Assembly: GCA_964479225.1 (NCBI GenBank)
Contig: CAYZLL010000004.1
Span: forward strand, 1-52,205
Direction: 5' to 3'
From: an uncultured Smithella sp.
GTDB lineage: Bacteria; Desulfobacterota; Syntrophia; Syntrophales; Smithellaceae
Length of the DNA: 52,205 nucleotides
Of this stretch, positions 1 to 9,326 are shown in pieces. The notes beneath the pieces were generated by a model. The model worked only from the letters and a program-made list of their open reading frames with translations. It had not been told where the DNA came from and made no database searches. A program made the translations under genes and the position numbers. The number at the start of each line of letters is the position of its first letter. The first letter of the stretch is position 1.

Positions 1-273
1 CTTCTTCAGATGGTATTCTTTCACGCGGTCTTCGTTGGGCGTAATGGTCGCGCATTTGATGCCGACGCCGTATTTCATGATTGCTTTTGCTGAATCGACC
101 GTTACCTGATCGTCCGTATCATCGCGGTGTTTTACATGCAGATCATAATAATCAATGTCCATGTCCAGATAAGGAAAAAGAAGTTTCTCCTTGACCATCT
201 GCCACATGACACGGGTCATCTCATCGCCGTCCATTTCGACGACGGTGGTTTTTACTTTGATTTTCGTTGCCAT
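1..273 (-). CDS. icd: NADP-dependent isocitrate dehydrogenase, N-terminal 91 codons (rest lies off-window)
   Basis: My own reverse-strand translation from ATG 273..271 gives [45 protein letters not shown]...[19 protein letters not shown]. This is the conserved N-terminus of homodimeric NADP-IDH. It is absent from the ORF track because it runs off the window edge. Confidence 0.85.
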   Translation of the reverse strand, partial: MATKIKVKTTVVEMDGDEMTRVMWQMVKEKLLFPYLDMDIDYYDLHVKHRDDTDDQVTVDSAKAIMKYGVGIKCATITPNEDRVKEYHLKK

Positions 274-332
274 AAAAAATTAATACTCCAGTATGGGTAA
301 GTTATCCCGCAGCTACCTGAGGGGTTTGTGCC

Positions 333-2264
333 TTATGTTCCGCTCATATTCAGGGCGCCACCGGCCAGAATGATTTGCTTTTGCCTTGCAGACAAAGCGC
401 AGGTTACATAAAAAGCGGTACCTTTGTTTTTGTTTCTTATTAAAAATTTCCCGTCCCCTGCGATGATCTTTTTGACTTCAGTAATTTCCAGAATGTCTTC
501 CTGATCGATATAATCATAGTCGCTCTCCGCACTGAAGGTCAGCGGCAGGATGCCGAAGTTAATCAGATTGGCGGCGTGAATCCGTTCAAAAGACTTGGTG
601 ATGACCGCACGGACTCCCAGGTACATCGGACACAGGGCGGCATGTTCCCGCGAAGAGCCCTGACCGTAGGAATGTCCCGCCACGATGATGTTTTGTTTTC
701 CATCCTGACGGATGGACATGGCCCGTTTGGCGAACGTCGGATCAACATTTTCAAAAACAAATTCGGAGTACCTGGGAATATTCGAACGGTATTTCATCCG
801 CGCACCGGCCGGGATAATATGATCGGTCGTTATTTTATCGCCAACCTTGATCGTGACCAGTCCGTGGATCGTATCGGCCAGTTCCGGGCTGCGCGGAAGA
901 ATGCCGATGTTCGGGCCGCGAATAACTTCAAAATCTTTCTTTTTCCTGTCCGGCTGGATGATCATGGAGTCATCAATGGAAAATTTCTTTGGCATCGTAA
1001 CTTTCGGGTAGCTGATTTTCAGAACGCGCGGGTCGGTAAATTTTCCGGTCAGGACTGCGGCAGCGGCTGTTTCCGGACTAACCAGATAAACATTGGCATC
1101 CATGGTGCCGGATCGTCCCGGAAAATTGCGGTTGGATGTGCGCAGGGATACACCGCCGGATTGCGGGCTCTGACTGTTGCCGATGCAGAAACCGCAGGCG
1201 TTTTCCATCAGCCTTGCTCCGGAAGCGATCAAATCAGTCAGATAACCGTCGTCAGACAAAGCCTCCAGCACCTGTCTGGAGCCGGGCGCGATGATAAAAC
1301 TGACATCGGGATGAGCTGTCTTGCCTTTTAAAATCCTGGCCACGGTGACCAGATCTTTATAAGAAGAATTGGTGCAACTGCCCAGACAGACCTGATTGAC
1401 ATCGATTTTCCTCATCTTCCGGACCGGACTGATATTGTCCGGGCTGTGCGGTTTGGCTGTTAAGGGTTCTATCTTGGCCAGATCAATATTGACGACTTTT
1501 GCGTAAGGTGCGTCTCTGTCGGCCTTGAGTTCAACAAAATACCCTTCTCTTTTTTGGGAACGTAAAAAAAGGCGGGTCATCTTATCGCTCGGGAAAATGG
1601 ACGTGGTCACGCCGCACTCCGCACCCATGTTGGCAATGGTCGCGCGCTCGGGAACGGTTAACGATTCCACGCCTTTTCCGCCGTATTCGAAGATCGTGTT
1701 GACATTTCCTTTGGTGGTAAAAATTTCCAGCACTTTCAGGATGACATCCTTGGCGGAAACCCAGGGTTTAAGTTTTCCCGTAAGATTGATTTTAATGACT
1801 TTGGGGCAGACCAGATAAAAAGGTTTGCCGGCCATCGCCAGGGCGACATCCAGGCCTCCCGCGCCGATGGCGATCATGCCCAGCGCTCCGCATGTCGGGG
1901 TATGGCTGTCCGAACCGATAAGGGTTTTGCCCGGTTTCCCGAACCTTTCCAGATGAACCTGATGGCAAATGCCATTTCCCGCACGGGAAAAAACGATCCC
2001 GTATTTCCGGGCCACGCTTTGCAGATAGCGATGATCATCCGCGTTTTCAAAACCGATTTGAATGGTGTTGTGATCAATGTAACTGACAGACAGTTCTGTT
2101 TTTACCCGGGGAACTTTCATCGCCTCGAATTGCAGGTATGCCATCGTTCCAGTGGCGTCCTGAGTCAGCGTCTGATCAATGTGAATGCCGATTTCCTCAC
2201 CGCCGATGAGATTGCCCGCGACCAGATGCTGAGCAAGAATTTTTTCAACCAGATTTTTCCCCAT
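333..2264 (-). CDS. Aconitate hydratase (aconitase family, 643 aa)
   Basis: Aconitase motifs are present: GSDSHT, Fe-S ligand regions GSCTNSS and CGFCIGN, RNFPGR, and a C-terminal swivel domain (GQGSSREHAA). ATG at 2264 has AAGGA upstream. The gene lies adjacent to icd. Confidence 0.9.
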   Translation of the reverse strand: MGKNLVEKILAQHLVAGNLIGGEEIGIHIDQTLTQDATGTMAYLQFEAMKVPRVKTELSVSYIDHNTIQIGFENADDHRYLQSVARKYGIVFSRAGNGICHQVHLERFGKPGKTLIGSDSHTPTCGALGMIAIGAGGLDVALAMAGKPFYLVCPKVIKINLTGKLKPWVSAKDVILKVLEIFTTKGNVNTIFEYGGKGVESLTVPERATIANMGAECGVTTSIFPSDKMTRLFLRSQKREGYFVELKADRDAPYAKVVNIDLAKIEPLTAKPHSPDNISPVRKMRKIDVNQVCLGSCTNSSYKDLVTVARILKGKTAHPDVSFIIAPGSRQVLEALSDDGYLTDLIASGARLMENACGFCIGNSQSPQSGGVSLRTSNRNFPGRSGTMDANVYLVSPETAAAAVLTGKFTDPRVLKISYPKVTMPKKFSIDDSMIIQPDRKKKDFEVIRGPNIGILPRSPELADTIHGLVTIKVGDKITTDHIIPAGARMKYRSNIPRYSEFVFENVDPTFAKRAMSIRQDGKQNIIVAGHSYGQGSSREHAALCPMYLGVRAVITKSFERIHAANLINFGILPLTFSAESDYDYIDQEDILEITEVKKIIAGDGKFLIRNKNKGTAFYVTCALSARQKQIILAGGALNMSGT

Positions 2265-2359
2265 TTCCAGTTTCCTTGATAAAAATTAAGATGATGTAGC
2301 ATTATGCCGCGAGCTTATATAATAAACCCGAAAGATAATCAACCGGCAAAAAGGATGAA

Positions 2360-2405
2360 AACAAAAAAATAACGGGCTTTGCTCTTGAACAAAACCCGTT
2401 ATCTT
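2360..2405 (-). terminator. Rho-independent terminator downstream of the LysM/NlpC-P60 gene
   Basis: Hairpin ATAACGGG(c)TTTG-loop-CAAA(a)CCCGTTAT. On the minus strand it is followed by TTTTTTTGTTTTC. Confidence 0.6.
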
Positions 2406-2437
2406 TGGCGAACTTTATATAATAAGGATAAGCTGAT

Positions 2438-3412
2438 TTATGCGCCGCTATCGTTTAATTCTTTTACTCTTATCGCCCGCTGGAATCTTTTCTGGTAATA
2501 AGGTGCCGTCAGGCTGTCAACCCGGACAGCTTTTCTTTTGGAAGATGCGTGGACAAATTCATTGTTTCCTATGTAAATTCCAACATGTCCGAGAGACCGG
2601 TTGGTGTGGAAAAAGACCAGGTCGCCTTTTTTGAGATTGTCACGCGTGATGCTGATGCCGACTTGGGCCTGCTCACGCGCGCTGCGCGGCAGCGTAATGT
2701 CAAAGATCCGGTAAATCCTTTGCACGAAGGACGAACAGTCAATACCCCGCAGAGATTCACCGCCGAACCGGTAAGGAGCGCCGATAAAGCCTGTTGCGAC
2801 TTTCACCAAGAGTTTCACTTCGTCCGTGCTGTTCCATTTGCCCAAAAGCGCTCTAGGGGTTTCCGGTTCATCTGATTGTACGGAATTGTCTAAAAAATTT
2901 CCATCCTCGGTCAAAGAGATATCGTCTGAATCGGCCTCTTCTTCGGTTGCTTCCGCGTCTTCATTTTCTTCAACTTGAACGACTCGGACGGATTTGCTTG
3001 GTGATGACGCAGCCCTGGCCAGGGCCAGTCTTTGTCCGACTCTTAAACTTTTCTGAGTCACGTGATTTATGGCCATAAGTTCTTTTAACGAAACTCCCGT
3101 ATTTCTGGCGATTTTGGCCAGCGTATCGCCTTTTTTAACCTTATAATAAGAAGGTTTTGATTTTGCTTGAACCTGGTTTTTTGCTGATTTTTTTGTGGCA
3201 ATGCTTAAAACTTGATTTTTCTTTAATCTGGCTTGATGGAGATTGTTTGCCTTTTTAATCTGCTGGACACTGACTCCAAACTTTTTAGAAATGCTGTAAA
3301 GGGTATCGCCATTTTTCACTTTGTATTGAGTTGCCAGAGCGTTCGAACTGAAAGTACTAAGTAATAAAATAAGGGCAAAAAGAAATGATAATTTCAGGAC
3401 TCGCCGTTTCAT
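2438..3412 (-). CDS. Secreted peptidoglycan endopeptidase, 2x LysM plus C-terminal NlpC/P60 domain
   Basis: N-terminal signal peptide (LSFLFALILLLSTFSSNALA). Two LysM repeats (YKVKNGDTLYSISKKFGVS, YKVKKGDTLAKIARNTGVS). NlpC/P60 catalytic region (GIDCSSFV...GHVGIYIG...FVHAS). Confidence 0.9.
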   Translation of the reverse strand: MKRRVLKLSFLFALILLLSTFSSNALATQYKVKNGDTLYSISKKFGVSVQQIKKANNLHQARLKKNQVLSIATKKSAKNQVQAKSKPSYYKVKKGDTLAKIARNTGVSLKELMAINHVTQKSLRVGQRLALARAASSPSKSVRVVQVEENEDAEATEEEADSDDISLTEDGNFLDNSVQSDEPETPRALLGKWNSTDEVKLLVKVATGFIGAPYRFGGESLRGIDCSSFVQRIYRIFDITLPRSAREQAQVGISITRDNLKKGDLVFFHTNRSLGHVGIYIGNNEFVHASSKRKAVRVDSLTAPYYQKRFQRAIRVKELNDSGA

Positions 3413-3759
3413 AATGAAATGCCTCCTTTTTGATTGGGGGTATTATCCTATTAACGGTGTACATCTTTCGCTTTGATAGTATAATTGCAATTTAAAAACG
3501 AAAATATATTTACTGTACACACCCAATGTACATTATAAACAATAATGTACGACCAACAATGCATTTGCCGAATGCTTACTAAAAATATACCGGTCTGTCA
3601 AATTTTATTTGCATTTTTCAGGGCAGATCTAACGTTAAGTTATTGTTTATATTTATTATTTAATAAAAAAGCGTCTGTCGCTCAGCGGGAATTTATTATT
3701 GGATTTTCTGTCCATTTTCGGTTAAAGCAGTGCGCGGCTTTTAAAATCAGGTTCACGTT

Positions 3760-4713
3760 ATGGATAGACTGAACGTAACGGCGCTTATGAAGACAAACAA
3801 AAGGAAGAACATGGGGAACTGGAAAAAAAATATATCGGTGCTGACCATTTCTATCGGGATTCTTTTTATGATCGATATCGGGCGATATTTTATTTACCCG
3901 AGCATGACTGATCTGAAAAATAATCGTCCCGACAAGACGGCTTTTATGGAATACAGAGAAAACACCTGGCGAAAAGAGGGCGCCAATAAAAAGATAACGA
4001 ATATCTGGGTGCCCCTGAACAGGATATCACCCTATGCGATGAAGGCGGTGATTATCGCTGAAGATGATAAGTTCTGGTCGCACGAAGGTTTTGATTTTGA
4101 GGCCATGCAAAAAGCTTTGGAGAAGGACATCAAAAAAAAGAAGTTTAAAGCCGGCGGCAGCACAATTTCCCAGCAACTGGCGAAAAATCTATATCTGTCT
4201 CCGTCGAAGAATCCTGTCCGGAAGATCAAGGAAGCTATTTTAACCTGGCGTATGGAAAGAAGTTTAAGCAAAAGAAGAATTATGGAGCTTTACCTGAATG
4301 TCGCGGAATGGGGTGACGGGGTTTTCGGTATTGAAGCCGCCGCCCGAAAACATTACGGAAAAAGCGCTGCCGCACTGGGCCCCCGGGAAGCCGCCGTTCT
4401 GGCCTCGATCCTGCCCAATCCCATTAAATATAAACCGCATGGCTCGTCAAGGTATGTTGTCAACCGTTCAGAAAGGATTTACCAGATTATGGTGCGCCGG
4501 GGCATTGTGATCCCTGAGTATGAGGAAGTGATCTCTGAACCTGATGAAAGCGAAGAGGAAACAGGTGAACAGGTTGAGCAAAGTGTCCCTGAAATGACCG
4601 GACAGACAGGTGAATCCCTTCAGCCGACGGAAGAAAAAAAGGAAGAAACCGTTCCGGAAGAACCGAACGTAAGTCCTGTTCTTCCGGAAACGGAAAATAA
4701 ACCGAATCCCTGA
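3760..4713 (+). CDS. mtgA: Monofunctional biosynthetic peptidoglycan transglycosylase with acidic/Pro-rich C-terminal tail
   Basis: GT51 motifs are present: AVIIAEDDKFWSHEGFD, GGSTISQQLAKNLYL, RKIKEA. There is one N-terminal TM helix. The start could instead be ATG 3787 or 3811. Confidence 0.85.
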   Translation: MDRLNVTALMKTNKRKNMGNWKKNISVLTISIGILFMIDIGRYFIYPSMTDLKNNRPDKTAFMEYRENTWRKEGANKKITNIWVPLNRISPYAMKAVIIAEDDKFWSHEGFDFEAMQKALEKDIKKKKFKAGGSTISQQLAKNLYLSPSKNPVRKIKEAILTWRMERSLSKRRIMELYLNVAEWGDGVFGIEAAARKHYGKSAAALGPREAAVLASILPNPIKYKPHGSSRYVVNRSERIYQIMVRRGIVIPEYEEVISEPDESEEETGEQVEQSVPEMTGQTGESLQPTEEKKEETVPEEPNVSPVLPETENKPNP

Positions 4714-4724
4714 GGAAAGCCGTC

Positions 4725-5978
4725 TTATAGCATTTCTATAGACGTGGCCATGGAAACACCGCCGCCGCCGCATATGGTGGCCAATCCAAGCGTTTTGTTG
4801 TGTTTTTTCATGGCATGAATCAGTGTAACCATAATCCGGCATCCGGTAGAACCCACCGGATGTCCTAGGCCGATACCGCTGCCGTTGATATTGGTGATTT
4901 CGCGGTTCAAACCAAGTTCTTTTTCGCAGCCGAGATACTGACCGGCAAAGGCTTCGTTGATTTCAATCAACTCAAAAGCATCCAGGCTGAGCGCCGGGTC
5001 TTTTTTAAGCAGGTTTTTGACGGCAGGAACCGGGCTTAAGCCCATCACGGACGGATGGCAGCCGCCGAGTCCCGAAGAACGTATCTTCGCGATCGGCTTC
5101 AAACCTAATTCTTTTGCTTTATCGGCTGACATGATGATCATGGCTGAAGCGCCATCGTTAAGTCCCGAGGAATTACCCGCCGTAACCTTGCCGACTTTGG
5201 GAATAAAGGCCGACGGTAAAGCCTTCAACTGATCCATGGTCAAGCCGGGGCGGAAATGTTCATCCTTGTCGAAAATGATTGGTGGCTTGCCTTTTTTCTG
5301 GGGAATTTCGATGGGTACAATTTCATCTTTGAAGTCACCATTCTTGGTAGCGCGTTCGACGTTGTTATGACTGCGCAGGGCGACCTCGTCCATTTCCTCG
5401 CGGCTGATGTTTAAAAGCTGGGCGATCAGTTCCGTCGTATGACCCATGATATAGGGTTTGCCCTTTAAACTTTCAAAAGGCTGGCCTGATTTGACGGGGC
5501 CGTCGTCGGATAATGGCATGACATAGGAGCCGCAATGCAGTGCGCGGATCATGGAATCGACAAAGACCGTGTCCTGAAGGCGGCAGCCCCAACGGGCGTC
5601 AAAACTGACGTAGGGTGTGCCGGACATATGCTCGACGCCGCCGGCCAGAATGACATCAGCCATGCCGGCTTTGATCATGGCCGCGCCGCTGAGGACGGCT
5701 TCCATCCCGGAAATACATACGCGATTCATCGTAACGGCAGTCACGCTTTCCGGAATACCGGCTAAAAGAGCTCCTACACGAGCCACATTGAGTGTGTTAC
5801 AGGATTCGAGGCAACAGCCGAAGCGAACATCATCAATCGTTGCGGGATCTATCCCTGCCCGCTTAATAGCTTCCTTCATGGCGACCGCCGCGATTTTGGC
5901 GCCGATCATGTCCTTTAATGTGCCTCCGAATGTTCCTATCGCTGTCCTGCACGCTGAAACAATTACAACATCCTTCAT
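4725..5978 (-). CDS. Acetyl-CoA C-acetyltransferase (thiolase)
   Basis: Thiolase signatures: VNRVCISGMEAV (active-site Cys), NINGSGIGLGHPVGSTG, and CGGGG near the C-terminus. AGGAG RBS lies before ATG 5978. Confidence 0.9.
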   Translation of the reverse strand: MKDVVIVSACRTAIGTFGGTLKDMIGAKIAAVAMKEAIKRAGIDPATIDDVRFGCCLESCNTLNVARVGALLAGIPESVTAVTMNRVCISGMEAVLSGAAMIKAGMADVILAGGVEHMSGTPYVSFDARWGCRLQDTVFVDSMIRALHCGSYVMPLSDDGPVKSGQPFESLKGKPYIMGHTTELIAQLLNISREEMDEVALRSHNNVERATKNGDFKDEIVPIEIPQKKGKPPIIFDKDEHFRPGLTMDQLKALPSAFIPKVGKVTAGNSSGLNDGASAMIIMSADKAKELGLKPIAKIRSSGLGGCHPSVMGLSPVPAVKNLLKKDPALSLDAFELIEINEAFAGQYLGCEKELGLNREITNINGSGIGLGHPVGSTGCRIMVTLIHAMKKHNKTLGLATICGGGGVSMATSIEML

Positions 5979-6155
5979 TTTGTATACTCCTTATTATTTT
6001 GATGATTTTCTTCTTACAAAGCTGGGTTTTTCAGACAGGCTTTTAAGAAGTAATTTCTTCATAATGCCAAAAATTTTTCATTAACCATCTCTGATTGGTT
6101 CGGATGAAGTGTTAAACAATTAAGAAAAATATGTCAAATAATAAAATGATAATTT

Positions 6156-6983
6156 TTATCGGGAGGATGACAAATTATGAGCCATCTGTTTTTTAATAAT
6201 TTTAACTATTTCTGTTGAGGAAAGAATGCCCCGTTCAATGAAATATTCGCCAAAGGGGCGCTGAAACCTTTTTTGCTTTCCCAGCAGGGCAAACAGCTCG
6301 AAGATGGAAATATAACCGGTTCGAAACGCGCATTCGCCGAATTTTTCATCAAAATCACGAACAGCCAAGATTTGTAGAACATCCTGATAGGAAAGCAGTC
6401 CCCATGACGTGGCGATCTGTCCGATCAGGGGGCGCTGACGCCGTTGCCAGCAGATCGCTTCAATCAGCGATCGCCAGGAAATCAGGCCGGAGTAATATAA
6501 AAACTGGCCCAGCATCAGATTTCCTTTCGGGATGTTGCCGTTGTAGAAATGGTCGGCATGGTCTTTTTGTTTTTTATGCCAGCGGCTTGGGTTGTAATAT
6601 CTTTCCCCGGAATTCTGGAAAGTCTGGTTTGAATATGTTGGTCGTGTTTTCCAACCGTCGAAATAGGGTGTTCCTGAAATCCTTCTTGTTTCCACAAACG
6701 AAAGCAGTCTTTCATAGGCTTCCCGGACGTTAATGAATTCGGCGTTTAAGTCTCTTGCCAACGTATCCAGGACCACCGCTCTGTCCGGATGGGTTTCCAG
6801 CGCCCGCTTGCGATAAGCCGCCTTGATGCCGACCGGTTGCAGATATTCCAGAAAATCAGCGGATACCCTGATTTTCGGGCCAAAAATGGTTTCACAGTCT
6901 TGAAAAATTTCTGATGAAATGGATTGAATACCCGACATTGCCCGTGTCCTATGGAATATGATGTGATCTGAAAATAACAGCAT
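6156..6983 (-). CDS. J-domain protein with four C-terminal T2SSE_N/MshEN-like 24-aa repeats
   Basis: The HPD motif sits in AAYRKRALETHPDRA. The C-terminal half is built from four repeats of the pattern xxGxx(hydrophobic)xxxG(hydrophobic x2)xxxx(hydrophobic)xxx(hydrophobic)xxQ. The start may be ATG 6938 (MSGIQ...). Confidence 0.7.
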   Translation of the reverse strand: MLLFSDHIIFHRTRAMSGIQSISSEIFQDCETIFGPKIRVSADFLEYLQPVGIKAAYRKRALETHPDRAVVLDTLARDLNAEFINVREAYERLLSFVETRRISGTPYFDGWKTRPTYSNQTFQNSGERYYNPSRWHKKQKDHADHFYNGNIPKGNLMLGQFLYYSGLISWRSLIEAICWQRRQRPLIGQIATSWGLLSYQDVLQILAVRDFDEKFGECAFRTGYISIFELFALLGKQKRFQRPFGEYFIERGILSSTEIVKIIKKQMAHNLSSSR

Positions 6984-7135
6984 CCCTGAGAATTATCAAG
7001 GGAAAAAACATCTGTGAAATCTAATGTTTCATGGTTTGGCGATGGTGAGCCAGAGAAACGTTTCCCCGCCGATATCGCGATATTGTGATGATGCGATGTG
7101 GAATCCGGTTGATTTTAATTTCGCGGTTAGAATTT

Positions 7136-8065
7136 CTATAAATCAAAAGGATTGTCTTTGTCAAAGTCCGGGGTCAGTTCATCATCGTTGACTGCTTGTA
7201 TGAAAATATTATCGAAGCCCAAATGAAGGGCGTAGTCCGTAACCTGTTCGTATTCATGTCGTGTGATTCTACGTTTCAGAATCGGGTGATGACGCACGTT
7301 GGAAACCGGTGTATATTGAGACATCAGGCTTAAGAAAACATTGGTGGAAATTTCTTTCTTAATCAATCGTAAAACTTCTTGCGAGTTTTCTATCCTGCCG
7401 GGTAAAACAAGGTGGCGAATAATGACTCCCTTTTGCGCAATGCCGTCCTTCATTTCCAGATCATCACCAACCTGGCGCACCATTTCCTTGATGGAATCAA
7501 GAGCAAAACGGGGATATCCCGGTGCGGAAGAAAACATCATGCTGTCTTCTTCCAATCCGTATTTAAAGTCCGGCAGATAAATTTCCACCATGCCGTCCAG
7601 CAGCTTGATGATTTCCGGATCTTCATAACCGCCGCAATTGTAAACGAAGGGTATTGTCAAACCTGCGGCCCGAGCCAGCAGCAGCGCTTCCAGTATCATC
7701 GGTGTCTGCGCCGTAGGGGTTACCGGTTCCACGTTGTGGCAATGCCTTTTTTGCAGATCGATCAGGACATCGGCCAGTTGTATGTTATCCAGTTCTTGCC
7801 CGATGGCACGGTGAGAAATCTGATAATTCTGACAGTAGATGCAGCCTAAATTACAGGAAGAAAGGAAAATGGTGCCGGCGCCGTTTCTGCCGGAAAGCGG
7901 CGGTTCCTCACCGTGATGAGCCAGGGCGCAATCCATGACGATTTTGTCCGGCAGCCGACAATAGCCCGTTTCCCCTTTTGTTCGGTCAACATGGCAATGA
8001 CGCGGACAAAGCACACAATCTTTTAAAATTTCTTTCAGCCGGGAAACTTTTTCTTCTAAATCCAT
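7136..8065 (-). CDS. Radical SAM protein, PflX-like (pyruvate formate-lyase activase-related)
   Basis: Cx3Cx2C motif in CNLGCIYCQN. An N-terminal Cys cluster is also present (CVLCPRHCHVDR...GYC). Confidence 0.8.
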   Translation of the reverse strand: MDLEEKVSRLKEILKDCVLCPRHCHVDRTKGETGYCRLPDKIVMDCALAHHGEEPPLSGRNGAGTIFLSSCNLGCIYCQNYQISHRAIGQELDNIQLADVLIDLQKRHCHNVEPVTPTAQTPMILEALLLARAAGLTIPFVYNCGGYEDPEIIKLLDGMVEIYLPDFKYGLEEDSMMFSSAPGYPRFALDSIKEMVRQVGDDLEMKDGIAQKGVIIRHLVLPGRIENSQEVLRLIKKEISTNVFLSLMSQYTPVSNVRHHPILKRRITRHEYEQVTDYALHLGFDNIFIQAVNDDELTPDFDKDNPFDL

Positions 8066-8092
8066 CTTCCCATGGCAAAGTAAAGTGCCGTA

Positions 8093-9160
8093 TCAAAATT
8101 GTTCTACTGCGTCTCGAATCTTACCGCTACCCACCAGTTCCAGAAAATCTTCACCCAGCGGGGCGGATAATTCCACCGCCCGGCGCCAGTTCTTGATTCT
8201 TGTCCCCTGATCATTGATCAAAGTCACTAAATCGGTGCGGTCGGGAACCTTCCCGCCGGGAAGACTTTCAACAAAGCTCTGCGACGGAAAAATCATTAAA
8301 ACATTGTCTAATGTATGCGGTTCCGGCCCACGGCTTTTGATTTGTTTATCCAGCCAGCCGGGAACGACCTTTTCCTGGTGATGAAAGAAAAGCACGATTT
8401 CATCTTCTCCGGCGGCATACTGGTGCGTCAGGTGATAATCAATCAGACCTCCGTCGCGATAAACACCGCGGGGCGCGCCATAAATATCACGCACACCGTT
8501 AATGACCAAAGGAATAGCGCCGGAAGCCAGCACGGCGTATTTAAAATTCACTTCATTTAACGGAACGTAATCTCCGCGGAAGGATCGCTGCAAACAAAAT
8601 GCCGGCGGTTTGGAGGCATTATAAAAAACGATTCTTTCTGCGAATTTGTGAATGTTGTTACGACTGAAATAATTAAATATCAGACAGGTTAACAGTCCTG
8701 CCTTCTGCAGCCAGTGATTTTCTGACGCGACCAGACCGCGCGCCCGTGCGGTGATCACCACAAGGCGGTATTGCTTATTGGCGAGAGCAAAAGAAAGCGC
8801 GTCATCCTCCAGATAGGCATTGATGATATGGGTCGTTGTTTGCAGGGCTGATGTCGGCGTATCCTGTTGGGTGTATTCAATATGGATATAAGCGTCCATG
8901 AGTTTCTGGTAGGATGGAATTGCCTCCGGCTGAATCCATGCCGCAAAGCGAAACGCGCCCGCGGAGGATCCGACCAGTTGCACCGGTTTTTGACATCCCA
9001 GCAGACCTTCCTTTAAAAGCGTCAAATCGAATCCACTGGCAATCAGCCAGCGGGGCCCTACCGCCGGTCCGAAATAAGTCGAAACCGAATCGAAATCAAA
9101 ACCACCATCCTTAATGATGGAATAGATTTTTTTTCCGGCTTTAATGCGTATTCTGCTCAT
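8093..9160 (-). CDS. Patatin-like phospholipase family protein (355 aa)
   Basis: GxSxG nucleophile elbow in VGSSAGAF and a downstream DGG motif (YRDGGLIDY). I trimmed the start to ATG 9160 (MSRIRIK...). The 132 codons further upstream in the ORF track overlap the proA promoter and 5' end and look non-coding. Confidence 0.7.
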   Translation of the reverse strand: MSRIRIKAGKKIYSIIKDGGFDFDSVSTYFGPAVGPRWLIASGFDLTLLKEGLLGCQKPVQLVGSSAGAFRFAAWIQPEAIPSYQKLMDAYIHIEYTQQDTPTSALQTTTHIINAYLEDDALSFALANKQYRLVVITARARGLVASENHWLQKAGLLTCLIFNYFSRNNIHKFAERIVFYNASKPPAFCLQRSFRGDYVPLNEVNFKYAVLASGAIPLVINGVRDIYGAPRGVYRDGGLIDYHLTHQYAAGEDEIVLFFHHQEKVVPGWLDKQIKSRGPEPHTLDNVLMIFPSQSFVESLPGGKVPDRTDLVTLINDQGTRIKNWRRAVELSAPLGEDFLELVGSGKIRDAVEQF

Positions 9161-9182
9161 ATTTTCTGTTTGGGCAAAGGCC

Positions 9183-9211
9183 TTGACACGTGAACTTTTG
9201 TCCTGTAGATT
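9183..9211 (+). promoter_or_regulatory. Candidate sigma70 promoter for proA-nadD
   Basis: TTGACA (9183-9188), a 17-nt spacer, then TAGATT (9206-9211). It lies ~115 nt upstream of the proA ATG. Confidence 0.4.
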
Positions 9212-9326
9212 TACACAAATTTTTCTTCTGCTAAAATGAAGAATGCAAGACTGTCCTTCTTTAAACGGGGCAGTTTTTACCAGTAATAAAAGAGAAAATG
9301 CAAGTTTATTTTTGAAGGATGGCGTT

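Noticed and set aside
2308-2427. Direct repeat GCGA(G/A)CTT(T)ATATAATAA at 2308-2326 and 2408-2427, flanking the terminator hairpin.
   Set aside because: It is short and AT-rich. On the minus strand it reads as a TATTAT -10-like box, which could simply be the aconitase promoter plus a chance duplicate. That is too little information to call a functional repeat.
7072-7083. A perfect 12-nt palindrome ATATCGCGATAT downstream of the J-domain gene and upstream of the radical SAM gene's stop.
   Set aside because: It is a single isolated copy with no partner sites or adjacent promoter elements that I could see. It may be chance or a restriction-type site.
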